Shown: piece after piece, positions 12,801 to 27,800 of the stretch | Position numbering within the stretch: position 1 is the first letter of the stretch | Layout of the letters: each line of letters begins with the position of its first letter | Source: Eutreptiella sp. 'Long Island Sound 2002' | Lineage: Eukaryota > Protista > Euglenida | Assembly: GCA_964036045.1 (NCBI GenBank) | Contig: OZ038378.1 | Coordinates: 194,680,001 to 194,744,000 of the forward strand | DNA length: 64,000 bases | Direction: 5' to 3' | Program-made: the position numbers and the translations under genes | Notes under the pieces: generated by a model | Told to the model about the DNA's origin: nothing | What the model saw: only the letters and a program-made list of their open reading frames with translations | Database searches by the model: none

Positions 12801-15800
12801 AGGCCTTGGTGTTAGGCTTTTGGGGGGGGGGGGGCGGACCCATATCGTCCACAAGCAATCCAGTGGTTGGAGTTTGGGGTGTCATAGAGTGAGGGGCTAT
12901 TTCTCAAGATTTTTAGACCCCATGTTGGCCACATTGCTTCTGAGTTTTACAAAAGGTGGCCAAAAAGGGGAAACCCAGGGGCATAGGCTGCTGCAGCCTG
13001 CAGGGGTGGAGGTTCACCTTCCTGGCATATTATCATTTTTGGCCAAAAGTGAAAACGGGTGACAACGTACAGTTTGATGTGGAAAATCCAAATTTGCACG
13101 AACCAGCCCTCAACAAAACAATGTATGGGAGACATGGTCCAACAATACAGCCCATTACCCCTCCCTAAGCCCCCTGCCCCAGAAGTACCAACCAGCACTC
13201 ACTCAGCCTGTATGGCCACTCCCCAAACAACCCAGACGCAATGCGTAGACGAACCCAGCCCTTGACAAGGGAGTCCACATCTGCCCTTGGTTTATATGTG
13301 GTGAGGCTTACGTGCGGAGGCCACTCCCAAAATCTCACCTATTTGAAGCCCACATAGCAGTTGTGCCGTGATGTGGTCATCACAGCTGAGGTCAGAGCCC
13401 AGCCAGTGCCCAGGGGTCCAGATCATGTGGCAACCGGAAACTCAACGTGTTTGTGAGGTGGACCCGGACTCAAATTCAAATTGCATTAGGAAGCCTTCAC
13501 ATGCCAATTTCAGAAAGGTACAACACACACCTATCCCCCCCCCCCCCTCCATTACCACACAGTTGGAAAGGGTTTGTATCCCGCCAGCCCCACTGAGTAA
13601 TATTAAGAAGGTCCTGAGATGGATGGTGTTTGAAAATTGCGGGGCTGCCCAAACCCATTATGGAGCTCCCAGCGTACCACCGGTAGTGGTCAATGCCCCC
13701 AGACACGCCTTAAGTTCTGGGTTCAAACCTGACACGCGAAACTGTTACTGAAAAATGACCCTCTGCCTCTGGAGTACTCAAGTGGTTACTGCGAAGCAAC
13801 AGGTGCTGGCGCACCTTTGGCGCAAAATGATTTAAGCTTGAAAATTTTTTCCGGCAACTTAGGCGCCCGGGTAGGGGGGACCACAGGAGGAGGCCCTCCC
13901 CCCCCCCCCCCCCTTCAAACCCCCCCAGCCGCTCCTCTGTTCCAATACATCCCTGGTCCTCCCAGACAACATGTCACATGTCATTCTTTTGGTGAATTGT
14001 AACAGAGCGATGTTGTCCTGTTGCAGACGGCAGCACTGTGGCTGTCTGAATTTACCAAGCTCTATATCCCGCCCGTGAAGGCACCACCGCTCGCCCAGAG
14101 AGCGGAGTGCCAGTGCTGTCCCCATGCCAGGCCATGCCAAGCAGCCCTGCCCCATGTTTCGAGGGTCGAGGGATGTTGGGCAGCTTCATGTCATCCCTGG
14201 CCCACAGGTTCCTCTAATCCTCCACAGCCCCAGAGTCCCACTTAACCACTCAGCTCAGGTGGGGGGACGGTCCCAGACCCACCCCCCATAGTGATTCGGC
14301 CAAATTTTTCTCCACACCTTCGGTGCCATTCTTCACTGCGTAGTTGGTGCGGCTGGCTATACCATCTGCATATGCCGCTATCCCCTGTCTTTTTCTTGTC
14401 CTTTTGTTGGGCTTCATATTGCCTTTTGCCTGCACGGATTTTCCAAAAAGGTTTGGCACCCCTCCCTCCCCCATTGTGCAACACAGTATGGCCGCTGGTG
14501 GCACTTGGATGAATGCATTTCTGGGCTGGCCCAAACATTGCTTGCCAAAATTTCAGGACCACTGCCCCCCCCCCCCCCCCTCCTTGACCAAAGGTCTACC
14601 AAAGATTCCACAAACACGTTCAGCTAGCTCACCTGAATTGGACCCCCTCCCCCCCTCCTCGACTCCCTCACCCCTTATGTGGAAGTCTGCTCAGCCCTAC
14701 CTCCCTAGTATGTCCTCGTCCCTCTCATGCCCCCATACTCTACTCCTGCAGGATGGGCTGTTCAAGTACACTTGCCCTAATTATGATGTGGTGGTAGTTC
14801 GAAAGCAGCGCACCTTCAGCGCATTATTGCAGATGCTGAGAGAGAAGTACCAGATCTCTCACGTCCGGCTGTATAGATGGAGGAAAGTATGGCTGCGTGC
14901 AGCCCCCCCCCCCCCCCCCCGACACCGCATGCAAACGCACAACCCGCGCCAACCTCCCACAACTCTATTCACAGGACCGCGACATGAAGCGGCCCGTCGA
15001 AGAGGTCGTCCATGATCTTCAGTGGCACCCCATCACGCAAACCACCCGCTTGGAGCAGGTGCCTACCCCTCTCCCTCAGCAAGGAGGTAGGCCTTGGTGC
15101 AAGCCCACGCAGGGAAAGGGGCATCTCAGGGGCTGTACAGACTGCGCAAGGCTGCACACCCTGCAGGCAACAGGGGCCGCTCTTGGCCCTGACCGGGGGG
15201 ATCAGCTACTCGACATTGGGGAGGTGGGAGAAAGGCTTGCAGGGGGGGGGGGGGGGGGGTTGTTCGAGCCCCTTACCCGGGGGGGGGGGGGCATTTTTCT
15301 GAAACCCTTCTGTGGCCCCTGGGATGGGTTTGGGTGGTCATTTGGTGACAATATGGGAACTCGAGCACCCATGGGGACCCATGTAGTGGCCGCTAGCCCC
15401 ATTGTAGCCTGAGCCATGGGCCCCCCGCAAGCCCTAATTTTGCCGGCCTGTGGCCAGCCCCGGTCGGGCGGGAGCCGCCGCCGCGGAAGGACTCCGAACC
15501 CCCCACCAACCCCCACCAGGGATGGGGAGCAGGGTGGCCCGCACAAAGGCCAGGGGAGGGGTGGACCACAATTTCCCCATGCCCCCAGCGGGCCAGGAAG
15601 GTCGAGGCCGGCCCCAGTCGGGCAGGAGGTCAGGGGGCCGGTGGTGCCAGCCAAGAAGGGGTGGAGGGCCCCCGGATCGGAGGTGCAAGTGAAGGTGAGG
15701 GTGCCCCTGGCGCGGGAGGAATGCGCCAATGGGGCTCGCCAGAGTGGGATGCAGGGCGCCAGGCAGGGTGCATGGGAGGGCGAGCCTGGAAGAGAAGTAG

Positions 15801-18800
15801 TCCCAACCAGCTCGTCCCTCTTGGCCGCAGCACAGGATAGGCGAGGGACACGACCGGAAGGCGGGATGCCAGAACTCACGTCCCACTTTCCTGCCTTGAC
15901 CACTGGGACTGTGGCCAGCTGTGACAGGGAGGGTGCAGGATCTGGCTACCCAGGCCTGCGCTGCCCCCCTCCCAAACACACGCATAGTAACTGCCAGTTG
16001 CGCTCTAACCGCATTCTTCCAACACCCCAAATTTCAGTAGCAAATGGTTCTGTAACCGCCACCTCCTGCTCCCCACACATTTTCTTAACCGTGGCCAACC
16101 GGTTTTACAGGCGTTTGCCGCACTACCCTGTGGCCCTCTAAGCGCACGCCTGTTCCGATGCCCCTTGCTTCTATTCTGCCCCCACAGATCTTCAGAGAGG
16201 ACCACGACACCCCCATCCGAGTATTTCTCTGCAGCTCCGCCCCCTTCGAAAGCCCCTCATCCGCAGAGTACGCGGACGAGCCCCCATGCCCCCGGCTGCT
16301 GATGTGCAAGGTCTATGACGCCTTCAAGCAGACCCTCTCCTACGCCGGCTCCCTCGTGGTCTTGGACCCCGAGGCCACGATGGTCCGCGACCTGTTCCCC
16401 CGGCTGCGCAAAATGCACGACCTCCCCCCAGACGCGGACCTCGCGGTCTACGAGGAGCACCGCCCCTGCATAGCGGCGCCGCTGGACCCCACCGACACCC
16501 TCAACAGGTTTGGCACCATCGAGAACGGCGACGTCCTGATCTTTGAGGCCCGTTACTCGTATGTGCCGGCGGAGGGTGGCATTTTGGGGGGCAATTTTGT
16601 GTGGGAAAGGGAGGCCGTGTGGCTCAGCGGTCGTACCGCATGCTGCCTGAACCGGATCCCGGTTCACCGGGTGGGGAATATGCGGGAACCCTCCGGCTGT
16701 GGGGCGTTAGGGTGTCCGCGACCCCCTGACCCGGATGGGCAGCTGCAAGGGATAGCGGGGAGGGTGATACTGGAGGCCAGGGATCGCCTGGGCACCCCTC
16801 CCCTGTCTTCGGTCGGGGCGGCCCCAGGCAGATTGGTTGGTGCGTGTCGGTGGCCCAGGGGGGCAGACCCAAAACTATGTTTCCCACGTCTGTGGACAAG
16901 CAATGTAGAGAATTCCCTCCTCAAAACCCAAGCCCCAAGTTGATCCCTTCAAGCCGAAGCTTTCCCTCAATGATTTGCGCATTGAGTTGAACTGTGGACA
17001 ACAGTCCTAGTGACCCCTCAGATCGCGGTTGGTGCTAGCCCCCCCGCCCGTCCCCCGCCCACCCACCGGCAAGCGGCGGGAAGCTCTTTTCGGCCATCCT
17101 GGTAATGCATGGCTTCTTTATCCGACACTGATCGCTGATGTCTGACTGACAGCTACTGACTGTGATTGTCTGACTAGCTGTAGTCAGACATGATGTTCTG
17201 CCTTCTGTTTCAGACACAGTGTGTGTCTTGAGGTTTAGCCAGGTTTGGCATAGAGAATAAAGATGCACTTATGCCTTACTGTGGAGTGCATTACCTCTGG
17301 TTTGCATTTGTCTGTTTTTTTAATTAGGTCCAACCCCCCCCCCCCCCCCGCCTTACCCTACTTTGCCCCTTACTTTTCGGTAACAGCATGGCATCGGGGG
17401 GCCTTGGAGATACAGGTCTGCGGGATGTATGGATTGCCGGCTGTGGGCAAGTGCCTCAGGCAGGCAGGGGCATGCTTCGTGTCTACCCCGGTGGAGGCGG
17501 TGTGACATCCCAGAGAAGTGTGCAGAAGGGTCCGGACCCTCTCATGGACCGGTGCCAGCAACCGCTTCCAACGCGTTTTGTTAGCGCCCTTTCGGCACAA
17601 GTGACTGCCTCATTGGGAATGCAAACGCAGGATTCGGTGGGCCATGGGACCAGATTGAGCTGGCGTCCGGGTCTGAAAGCTCTGGTCAAATGATTTGGTC
17701 CGCCCCCTTTTGCGAGCACGGAGGTGTGTAAGTGCGGCTACCAAACCTTTTGTTGCAAGGTATAAAAAAGGCAAGCTTCCCATGATTTCAACTGTTGTCA
17801 TATCTTTGAATCTCTTCAGCAGTTGACGGTAGAAATGCTGTCTTTTAAGGATGATGGATGTCAACAATGTCAATGCAGCTCCCATTTCTTTGTCGCTTCC
17901 TCTTCCTTCACTGATTATATGGCACCCATCAACGAAAGGATCTCGTATTTTGTAAGTGCTGCTGCCGTCATCAAGCTGCCACAAGAGGGTAAAGGATTCC
18001 TTGCTCTTGAGTGCCTGAGGAAGTAGCAAGTTGCTGACCCCCGTAGGCCCAATATTCTTCTGACCGCAATTTTTTGTGGTCAAGAATGCAAGACAACGTG
18101 CGTGTGAGTCGGTTGTAGTGGGGAACAGGGGCTGCGTCGTGCTTGTGAAGAGTTGTTTCTGCTTATCACCGAGCTTCTGCTGGTGACAGCAACCTACCAA
18201 CCGGTAAGGACTGCCTGAGGTGTTGCATGGCAGGATGGCGGTTATCCGGTGGATGGAGCTGGACCACCGGCAGGTGATGGTCAGTCGACACCAGTACATT
18301 GGTTGACTGACAGCAGTTGCTGACCGGCTGGTATTCTGTTGGGGTGTAGGCGGAACTGAGGCCAGCATTTTAGTTTTCTTGTTTTTTGGCATTGAGGACA
18401 GCCCTGATTCTGGTATTGCTTTTGCTGAAATTCTGCAGTTTGTGGTTTTCAGGGATCAGTGAGTTGGTCTTTAAAAATCGCGTCGTGCACTGGAGTCTGC
18501 ACTAGATGTTCACAGTATCTCTGACTGTGTGTGTGCCTGTGCACCCGGGTCATAATGGTGGGGCGATGGGGGCACTTTACCCAACCCATTGCGGGCCAGA
18601 GCTCAACAGCTGCAGCGGGCCAAAAAATTTTGTGCAACATTGACACCAATGTGGCATTTGTTGGTCCTCCCATATCTCTGTCCTCAAAATGATCAGAATT
18701 GTTGTGGCAATCCAAATATGCTATTTGAACCTGTAGCCACTTTTTTTTTTTTCATTTACCGCTTTGGGGTTTAAGGGTGCCCAGTGGGACACAGAAACAC

Positions 18801-21800
18801 AGGCAATTGGGGCAGTGTCAAGATGTTTATTGGAGCACATAAACCTCAGCCAATTGATGGGCTCATTGGGACACATAAACACTGACTGGGGGGCGCATGC
18901 CCTCAAACAACTACCACCCCTGAATCCCCCCCCCCCTCCTCCCCTGGCGCCTGCTGCCAGAACCACCACCCCTCACAGTCTGCCCAGGAGACGGGGGGAC
19001 ACCCCTGTTACGGGTGTGGCATTGCAACAGAAGGCCACGTATCGCAGGAGCTGGCAGAAGACATGGTCCACTTCTTTCAAAATCCTGGAAGACCATCATG
19101 GACTGAATTGTCAGCCAAGCAAACAACAGCACCCACACCGGCTACATCCGGCGTGGTTTTGGACCAGTTCCGGTAGCCTCCGCATAGAGTTGCCCTCACA
19201 TCCGGCGTTTGGCGTGCCAAAGACAAACGGGGCGCCTGTCTGGACCAACCGCTGACCCAATCAGACTGATACTGGAAACAGAAACCCGCCTCCAACTATT
19301 GCCATCTCCGCATGTGTCCCATTGACTCCTGGACCCTCACAACTGTGCTCTGGTGGTTTGCAGCGACGAGGAGCGCCAGACATATGAAACTCCCAGCGTC
19401 GTGGACTTCTTCAAGTACGTGGAGACGTTGGTCACTGTGGGATTCTTGGACCTGCGTTCCAGAGAGGACACTTGCACAGTGGTGTGTCCCGAGCCCCATT
19501 ACAACCTTGAGGGACCATACTTATTTGGTACATGGTATACCACCAGCACTATTTTGGGATATGGAAGTCCGACTTTCTGTGTGCCATGTCGTGATGCTGC
19601 TGACCTGTGGCACATGTTATGCATACCCCAACACACTGCGCCCTTTGATCGGTGTGTTTCCCTGTAATCACATGGTCTTGCAGACCACTGGACCCTTGTC
19701 TCGGAGGAATGGTGCTAATATGAGGCCTGCCTCGGGCTTAGACAAGGGGGTGCCATCTTCATCATGGCACTGTAGCTTGTTGGCTGTCTGGGATGGCTAG
19801 CAGAATGCCTACGCCCCTGCGCACTGGAGCGCACTGCAGCCCCCCCCCCCCCCCCGAGTGTGCTGGAATATCTGTTCGCGGTGCTATAGTGCACCGCATG
19901 CCGGTGTCCACAGCAGCAGATGCAGTGCAGAGGACGTGTTGCACAGAGGGAACAGGGTGGCAGAGTATGCGCCAGAAAAGGAAAAAGGACCACAAAAGCT
20001 AATGGCAAAATGCCTGGGAATGCTGCGCACAACCCATGGGGAACACTGGGTGATCCGGAAGCCCTTTATTACACTTGTCACATCGGATGTGGTGAGCACC
20101 CTCCGGATTTCACTGTCTTGGGACAGACCTTGTGTGGAGCATTGCCGGCGCGAGCGTGGGAGCGAGGTTCAGGGGCAGAAGCAGCACTTGTGAGCAGAGG
20201 GACAACTGTCCCACTGTTGCCCACTAATAATATTTCTTCCCGGTGGGTTGGGCTGTCTTGGTAAGTGATTTCTAAGAATCGGGCTGGGGGGCTTACGTGT
20301 TGGGCCCGGACCCCCCAACCCTTTTCAGGATCCCCCAACCCACACCAATGGTGAACAATTAGGAACAACCAGCCCAGAAAAACTTTTTTGGTCTCTGTGG
20401 ACCGGGGCACAGAGCTCCCCCCATTTTCCCCACTTCCATTTGTAGTGAACGGTAAAAGGGGATTTTCCACCCCTGACTTGTTCTATTCAAACTGCTCAAA
20501 ATGAAACAGGGAATTGAAAGGTGCCCTGACCCTGCTGCCCCCCCCCCCCCCCCCGCCGCACTGAAAACCCAAACCAGTGCGTACACCTGAAAGTACCAAC
20601 CGGCACACTGATTGAGCCTTTATGGCATCCCCCCCTCCCTGCATACAGGTCTTCAGATCTTCAGACCCCCCCCACCTGCTCACGCAGCCGGCCACCGTTG
20701 GGTCCAGAACTGAATTGAAATCCCCCACCCTCCTTTTTGAGAGGGAGGGCATTCAATTTCCAGAAGAATGTTGCGGTGCCATTTTCAGCAACTCCACCAA
20801 TCGTGACACGGATCCTCAGGCTTGTCTTGTCCACCCCACAGCGATACAGTGTCCCACGTACTTGCTGCATCGCCTTTCAATCCTCTTCAGACGCTAAAAT
20901 ACACTTCAGACTACGACACCGTCTGCAGAGATTTCTTGAATCGCGTTCCGCAGCTGCAGGTTGCACCTGAATATCTTCGGTTCCGGAATCACAGCCTTAC
21001 ATATACAGGTCCAAGCATCGAAGGTATGGATTGGGCTTGGAAGGCAACCCCTCTCCAACTGTTGGCACCCTGGTTTCTCCCAGCCGGGCCCTCACTACAC
21101 CCTTCAAGGAGATTTGTGGCTCAAAATGGGTCAAAGCCAAAGGAGCAACAACCAGGGACCCCCACCCCACCATCCATGTCAATGCCCTCCTGGAAAGAAG
21201 AAACATGCCCGCCCCCCCCTTCCCCTATCAACGGACCCGGAAAGAAAAGTCCCCCCCCCGCCCTGCCCCGGAGGGTTTTTAACTAAAATTCACAAATAAT
21301 GTCCATTTTTTTTTGCGCTGTTTCTTGGCCCTGTAGTTTGAGCAGATGGGCATACAAGATTATGTTGCTATTAAAGGGGTGGTATTTGATGTGTAGAAGT
21401 GTCTCAAGGTGTTTCATGGCATTTTCAGGAGTGAAGCAAAGGCGTGGTCTTTATTTCAACAGGCACCTGCGGTTGTTTGCTGAAAGCGTTTTGAGAGCAT
21501 TTCAGTTGTGTGCTTGTATGTGCTTTTGTGTGCAAAGAATTAATGGGAAACTCTGAGTGCATGCAATGCCTAGGCACAAAACCCACAAGAGTAACACCAC
21601 ATTTGCAAGCAGTGCAGCTTGCAAGTACACACAGGTAACAACCCACAAATGGTGAATAGTAAAAAAAATTTGCCAAGGTGAGCTCTGAAAGTGTCACGAA
21701 AGACGCAGGAGGTACAGAGTATACGTCCAAGCAGGTGCACAGCCCAGAAAACGCCTACGCAAAAGTTTCTGTAAAAGTTTGATGATATTTTGAGCCCACC

Positions 21801-24800
21801 CCCTGCGCACGCATGTCAATGCCTCCCCACCCCTACCCAGAAATAAGAATCATGGCCCCTCCGCATCGCTGCTGGACCCCCCACTCAGAAGTACAAAACA
21901 TGGCCCTAGGCCAATAATATGGGGGTGGGGGGTACCAAAGTAGTGCATCTTGCGCAAGCAGGGCCTAGAGAACCTTCAACAAAGATCAGTGGAATCAATG
22001 CCCCAACGTTCTTTTTCTCTTCAAGCAATCCCCGCTTTGAGCCCATTTTGAGTCCACCTAAAGGCCCAAAATAGCGGGGTTGTGGTAAAATTTAGCTACA
22101 AAGTCCCTTCGAGTTGGGGTCAAAGAGTCCCACACTTCAGTGTGGCCCCTTGGAGTTGCATTGATGGACTCCCACACTCAGTGGGTCCCTCGAGTTGGGG
22201 TGATGGACTCCCATGCTTCTGTGTGCCCCCTCGAGTTGGAGTGATGGACTCCCACGAGGGATGAATTTTGGCGCCACTTGGGGTTTCCGGGTCGGGGGAG
22301 GGAGGCATTTTTTGTGACTGGTCACAAAAAAAATTAAAGCGCAATAGTGGGAAAGTGAAAGCCCCAAAAATATTGTGACCAAATGAGGTGTCTCCGGCAG
22401 ATGTCTCCTATGCCTGTGCCTGCGTGCGCCTGCTTGTACTACAAATTTATTTTGCCTTTGTCTACTTGCACTACAAATTTATTGTGACTGCTGGTATTTG
22501 TACACTTTATGTGTATTCAGTTTTTGCAGGCCCTTTTGTAGTACAAGATCATCCAGGCCCTTTTGTAGTACAAAATCATCCAGTGGCATTGGCAGCAATA
22601 GTGAAAGTGATAAAGTGACAGGTCAAGTTGTGGTAGGTACAACGAGCAAGACAATTTTGTCACTGTGAGTGATCACAATCAATGACATTGAATGGTGTTG
22701 AATGACATTGGCAATGTTGCATCCACAGGGCTCTAGGGCTCTGTGCTGTCATGGGTGCTAGGGTGCTGTCATGTGTGTTGTTGCATCGCCCCCCCCCCCC
22801 CCCCCTGCCCCCCTCCCATGTACACGTACAGGCCGAGGGCTGCCCAAAACGGCCGGTTTTAGGTCACTTTTTTTTTACCAAATATCGTGACCTTTCTTGT
22901 GACCAGGGGGGGGGGTTTGGGTGGAGGGGGGGTAGGACCCAACCTCCAATTATATCCATCCGTGACTCACACACTTTGGTGTGACCACTCAAGTTGGGGT
23001 GATGCGCTCCCATGCTTCAGTGTGGCCCCTCGAGTTGGGGAGTCCATAACGCCATAACACCCGCCAGGCAAACCGAGACATGTAGATAGGAAGGACAAAT
23101 TGATCTTCAAGCATGTCTTTTGTAACTACTTGTAAGTAATTGGCATTAATGTTGGTTGTGGCCTTGCTGGGTTCTCTCTTTTTGTCACACCCGGTTTTGT
23201 TCCAGCGCCGCGGCACGGATTGGTTATGGCCCTGTCAAGATTCTTTTCTTGAACCTAATTTTGTTTCTAGTGCCCAATCCCAATTAGATTATGTTATGCT
23301 AAATTGGCCGAGTGCCAACGACTTGGTGTGCATGGTGGTTTGGCCCAGAAGGGTCGCCACTAACACAAGTGGCCGGGAATCCACCCAGGGGGCTTTATGC
23401 CCTGAAACAAAAGTACCACCTACCATTGAAGTGTGGAGTTCCTTAGTAAAAATGGGTTTGGGGGGATAGTAAAACGTAGTAAAAAGATTGTTTTCCTTTA
23501 GTGAAAATATTTTTTTGAAGTTTTTTAACTTGTATGTGTCATCTAGTACGGGATTCAAACCTGCACTCGGCCGGCCGTCTGCCGCCGTTCTTCCGCTCGA
23601 CCACTGTCTTTGCCCACACAGATAAGGTTCACCATCGCTTAGCGATGTAGGCTGCCACCAAAAAAACCAAATTGGGTGTTTTTGACAACCTGCCTGCCTG
23701 CCTGCCTGCCTGCCTGATGATTGGCTGACTGTCAGCCTAATTGATCCTAGTGTTCTAGCACTATCTTCGGGGTGCCTTGCCGGAGGCAATAGAACTTGCA
23801 TTTTTGGCATAAAATCACACCAAAACCCCACGACAGAAGCCACCGAAAATGAAGCCCACACTGCAGAAGAGGCTTGCTTTGCTTGGCTTCCAACCCCCCA
23901 ATGTGTCCCAGCAAGTGCTTTTGTCCAGACCTTTCATGGTTGACCTCTTCTGGTGTGAACCCATGCCATTGGAACCAACGTCCAGCATTAAATTAGTAAT
24001 ATGAATTCATGTTTATGTCATTCTCTCTCTCCCTCTTTCTCTCTCACTCTTATTTTTAATTTCTTTCCTTTCTTTTACTAGTTGTTCAGTTTTTTAAATG
24101 AAAGGTTTTTTTCTAATCTAATGGCATCCCTGCTTTTGCTCTGTGGCCGTGGTGCTAGGGCGTCAGAAGAATTTTGCAACCATTGCCCTCTGTGCAACAC
24201 AAAACTAGGGTCTTGCTTTTTGTGCCAAATTAATGAATTGGTGCACAAGCCTCAAACTGCCACTCTCCATAGTGTAGGGCATTTGATGATGAACACCCCT
24301 TTGCTTGGAGTCCAGCACATGCTCACAATCTGCACAGGAGCTAAATCTCAGGCCAAAGATTCATCCTGCCTCCAACAACGAGTTATCCCTGGGGCAGCTG
24401 TGCCAAGAAATATTGAGATTGATGTTGCATAGGGCTGGGTGGGGTGGGGGTATGGTCTGGACAAACGGTCTGGACGACGAAAATTTGTGCAGTTCGGAGC
24501 TCTGGCTGTACTGATACATCCCATTACGGTGGGCTGCGAATTTGATTGTGGCCATCCAACTTTCGGGAACCTCCCCCTCCCCTCCTCCCTGCAGGACAGC
24601 ACCCAACGAAGCCCCGACTTTCCACCCCTGAGGGTACGTGCGAAACCTTTCACAAGGGTTTAACAATGTCTTCATGCAGCCGAAACTGCATGCCCAAACC
24701 GCCCCCTGTAATTGTGGACGGGCCATGGTTGTGGAAGGGTGCTGTGTGGGTGTCAGTTGAGGGGCTGCCCCTGTGTTGCAGCATGCAAGCCAGGCCAGTC

Positions 24801-27800
24801 GCTTGACCAGATGCTGCATCCTCCTGAGACCAGTCACCCATTCCTCTATTGGGAGGTCCTTGATGTCCCTTGCGAGACTGTTGAGGGGCAGCTGCCTTTC
24901 ATCGTTTCTTGGTTCGTGGATGACAGGTTTGTTGCTGCGTTCATTTCTGTGCCGTGCAGTGTTCACTGGTGCACTCCCTCAGCAGCTCCCACAACATGGC
25001 CAGCAGCAGTGGTCCTTTACGGGGGCTGCACAGGGGACGGGCTGTGCATGCAAAGGGTCGGGGTGAGGACGGGGAGTGTTTTCAGCACACAGGCTGTGCA
25101 CACGGGGCACTGCACGCATGGGGCCTGTGAACAGCGGGCGGGGATGGGGCGTCTGTGGCAACGGTGCAATTCTCACCCAGCAGAATATGTTTCCCAAGTG
25201 TCTGAGCACAAACAATATCGACAATTTCCTCTGCAAAATGTGAACAATTGCAATCATCCTGAAGTGCCAACCGGCATACTTAGCCTTTTATAGCACCCCC
25301 CCCTGCGGTGCATTTTTTTGTTCCCCCCAAGTCCCCACTGATTTGATTTCTGCCCAGACCCCTGCGTAGGAGGTCTGGATCAAGCTTCAAGATAATTCCC
25401 GTGCTGATTGCACACGCACAATGTATTTGTTTGAGTGCAGAGCGAGTTCGGGTACGGTTGTTTGTCTGTCCGTATTTCTGAGGTTCAACCAGATGTGCCC
25501 TGGAGAATGAAGACGCACTCTCTTTTCAGGCTGTCATTGTCTCATTTGCATTTGATTCTGCTCCCTCCTGTCTTGATTGCCACGTCACCACATTTTTCTC
25601 ATTTAGATTTTAGGTTTCACAACCCCCCCCCCCCCCTGTTCCTGACTGGTCTCATTTTCCTCACACAACCCCCCCACCCCATGGAGCCCTACGGAACAAT
25701 TTGGACGAACGTCTATGGTGGGGACATTCAGTCAATCAGTACCAACCATTAATCCCCCCTGCACACACGCACACACATTGGAGTTGGGGACAGGTGTGGG
25801 CGATGGGGAAGAGGGGGTTGCAATGATCACACCCTGTGGGTTGTAGACATTATTTGCCACAAGTCTGCCACTGTGGATGCTGTTGGCATGTTTTTGACGA
25901 GGTTTTTTTTGTTGTGGTAAGGCGTGAAGCAGCGCAATGTACCACGCTAGACCACAGGCCGGGGGTTGCAGGGGCGGGGGGAGGGGACTTCGTGCATGCT
26001 ACAGTGCACTGTTGAGGTCCAGATGTACTGGAGTCCGACAGTTTTAATTTTTTTCCTTTGGCACTGCGGACAGCCCCACCTCTACAAGGACACCAAAACA
26101 GGCAGATTTTCTCCCCTTACCTGGCCTGCTGTGCTTGCAGCACCACCAGAGCTCACTACAGATTGAGTTGTTGTCAGCCCTAATCAGAAGACTCAGTTGC
26201 TTTTGCTGAGGCTGTGCTTTTTGGCCTCTGCCTGACGACTTTGGCACAAGTGCATAGGACAAATGGGGCTAGCCCCTGTCCCAAACATTTCAACTCTTGC
26301 CCCTGTTTGGCACTTGCCAGCACCTGCTCAACAACTGCGTGACACCCGCTGACACCCACTCAACAATGTCTTGATCACTGCTGACATATGGGGGGGCCAG
26401 ATTTTCTATGGCAGTGGGGGATGAGGGTCAGCAGTGACCACTGTTTGTCACTTTGAAATCCGACGGCGCTGACGAATTTTTCACATCAGTCATTCAACAA
26501 TTTTTTATACTGAATCCCCGAAAAGTGATGACTCTTCTGGACCCCCTCATTGCGGTGACTCAAAAAAGACCATTTTCACTTTTTCTGAAATTCCGGGTCC
26601 GGGCCACCTTTGGGCTCTGAGGAATCTGATCAATTGAGCCCTCTTTTTGAGGGGTAAACCCCCAGCATGGGCAGCCCTACAGGGTGCCACTCGCGTGGGT
26701 CGTCGTGTGGTGTGTGGAGGTACACACTTTGCTGGGTGGACCAGCTGTGGTACGCTAGTATGGCTTCCACCACATCTGAGTCCTAGTGGTCGTCGAAGGG
26801 GTGGCTTGGTTCTGTCTGTTGTACCGCTGTGGCCAGGCCGCCGATGTCACCGTTGGGGACGCGGTCGTCCCATGCCATGGGGGCTGTGGTGTTTTGTGGG
26901 CCCCTGTGCCCCTCCAAGATGTCCGTCTCATATTTTTTCCAGTCCTCCGGCATGCTCTCAACATACGTGTTGGCCGTGTACGGGTTGATGTTGTGCTCCG
27001 CTAGGGTGTGGGCATGTGCTAGTCGCTGGTAAAGTGTCCACTGTTGGGGCGTGGGCCTTGACGGTCCCACCTGTTCACCTGTCTTGTCGGGTGGCGTGCG
27101 TGGCTGTATGTGGCGGGTTGCGTGTACCATGGTATACTCGCCGTTTTGTGTTGGTTTCCAGTCCCAGTGGGTGGGGGTGTGTGGGTGGGGGATTCTGTTA
27201 GGGGGCTCCATCCCCTGGCACCGCAATTGACAGCCCTGGTGCCCCAGCTGGATTCTTGGTGTGCATAGGTATGTGTCTGTGTTTGGTTGTACATCCCATG
27301 TCCTGCCCCAGCTCGGCTGTATTTCCGCAGCCATGAAACAGAGCAAAACCAGCACGCAACGAGCACCCTCCAATCTTCATGGTCATGGGAATGACCAACC
27401 GGTGCACTTTCTCGGCCTTTACTGGGCAAATATGAACACTATGAATTCTGCACAAATAAGTAATTCAGGTGACAAAAATGGGCATGCGCAAAAAAAATTA
27501 ACGCAAAAAATAAATCAATACAGTGCTTGACATTGTGGAATTAGGAAAGTCTGCGCAAAAATTGGGTGTAATTAAATAATTGTAGGTTTGTGACCTTTGT
27601 TCCAGACATGTTGCACAGTACATACATACATTCAGAATCCACCAGGAAATAACAGCACCCATCCAGAGTGCACCAGAAAATAACAGCAGACATTCAAAAT
27701 CCCTCAAAAAACAACAGCAACCATACAGAGTCCACCAGGAAATAACAGCAACCATCCAGAGTCTACTGGCAAAATCTGATACGCGCAAAACGGCAATGAT

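Noticed and set aside
22100-22260. CRISPR array
   Set aside because: Degenerate contiguous repeats without unique spacers, eukaryotic intron context, no cas genes
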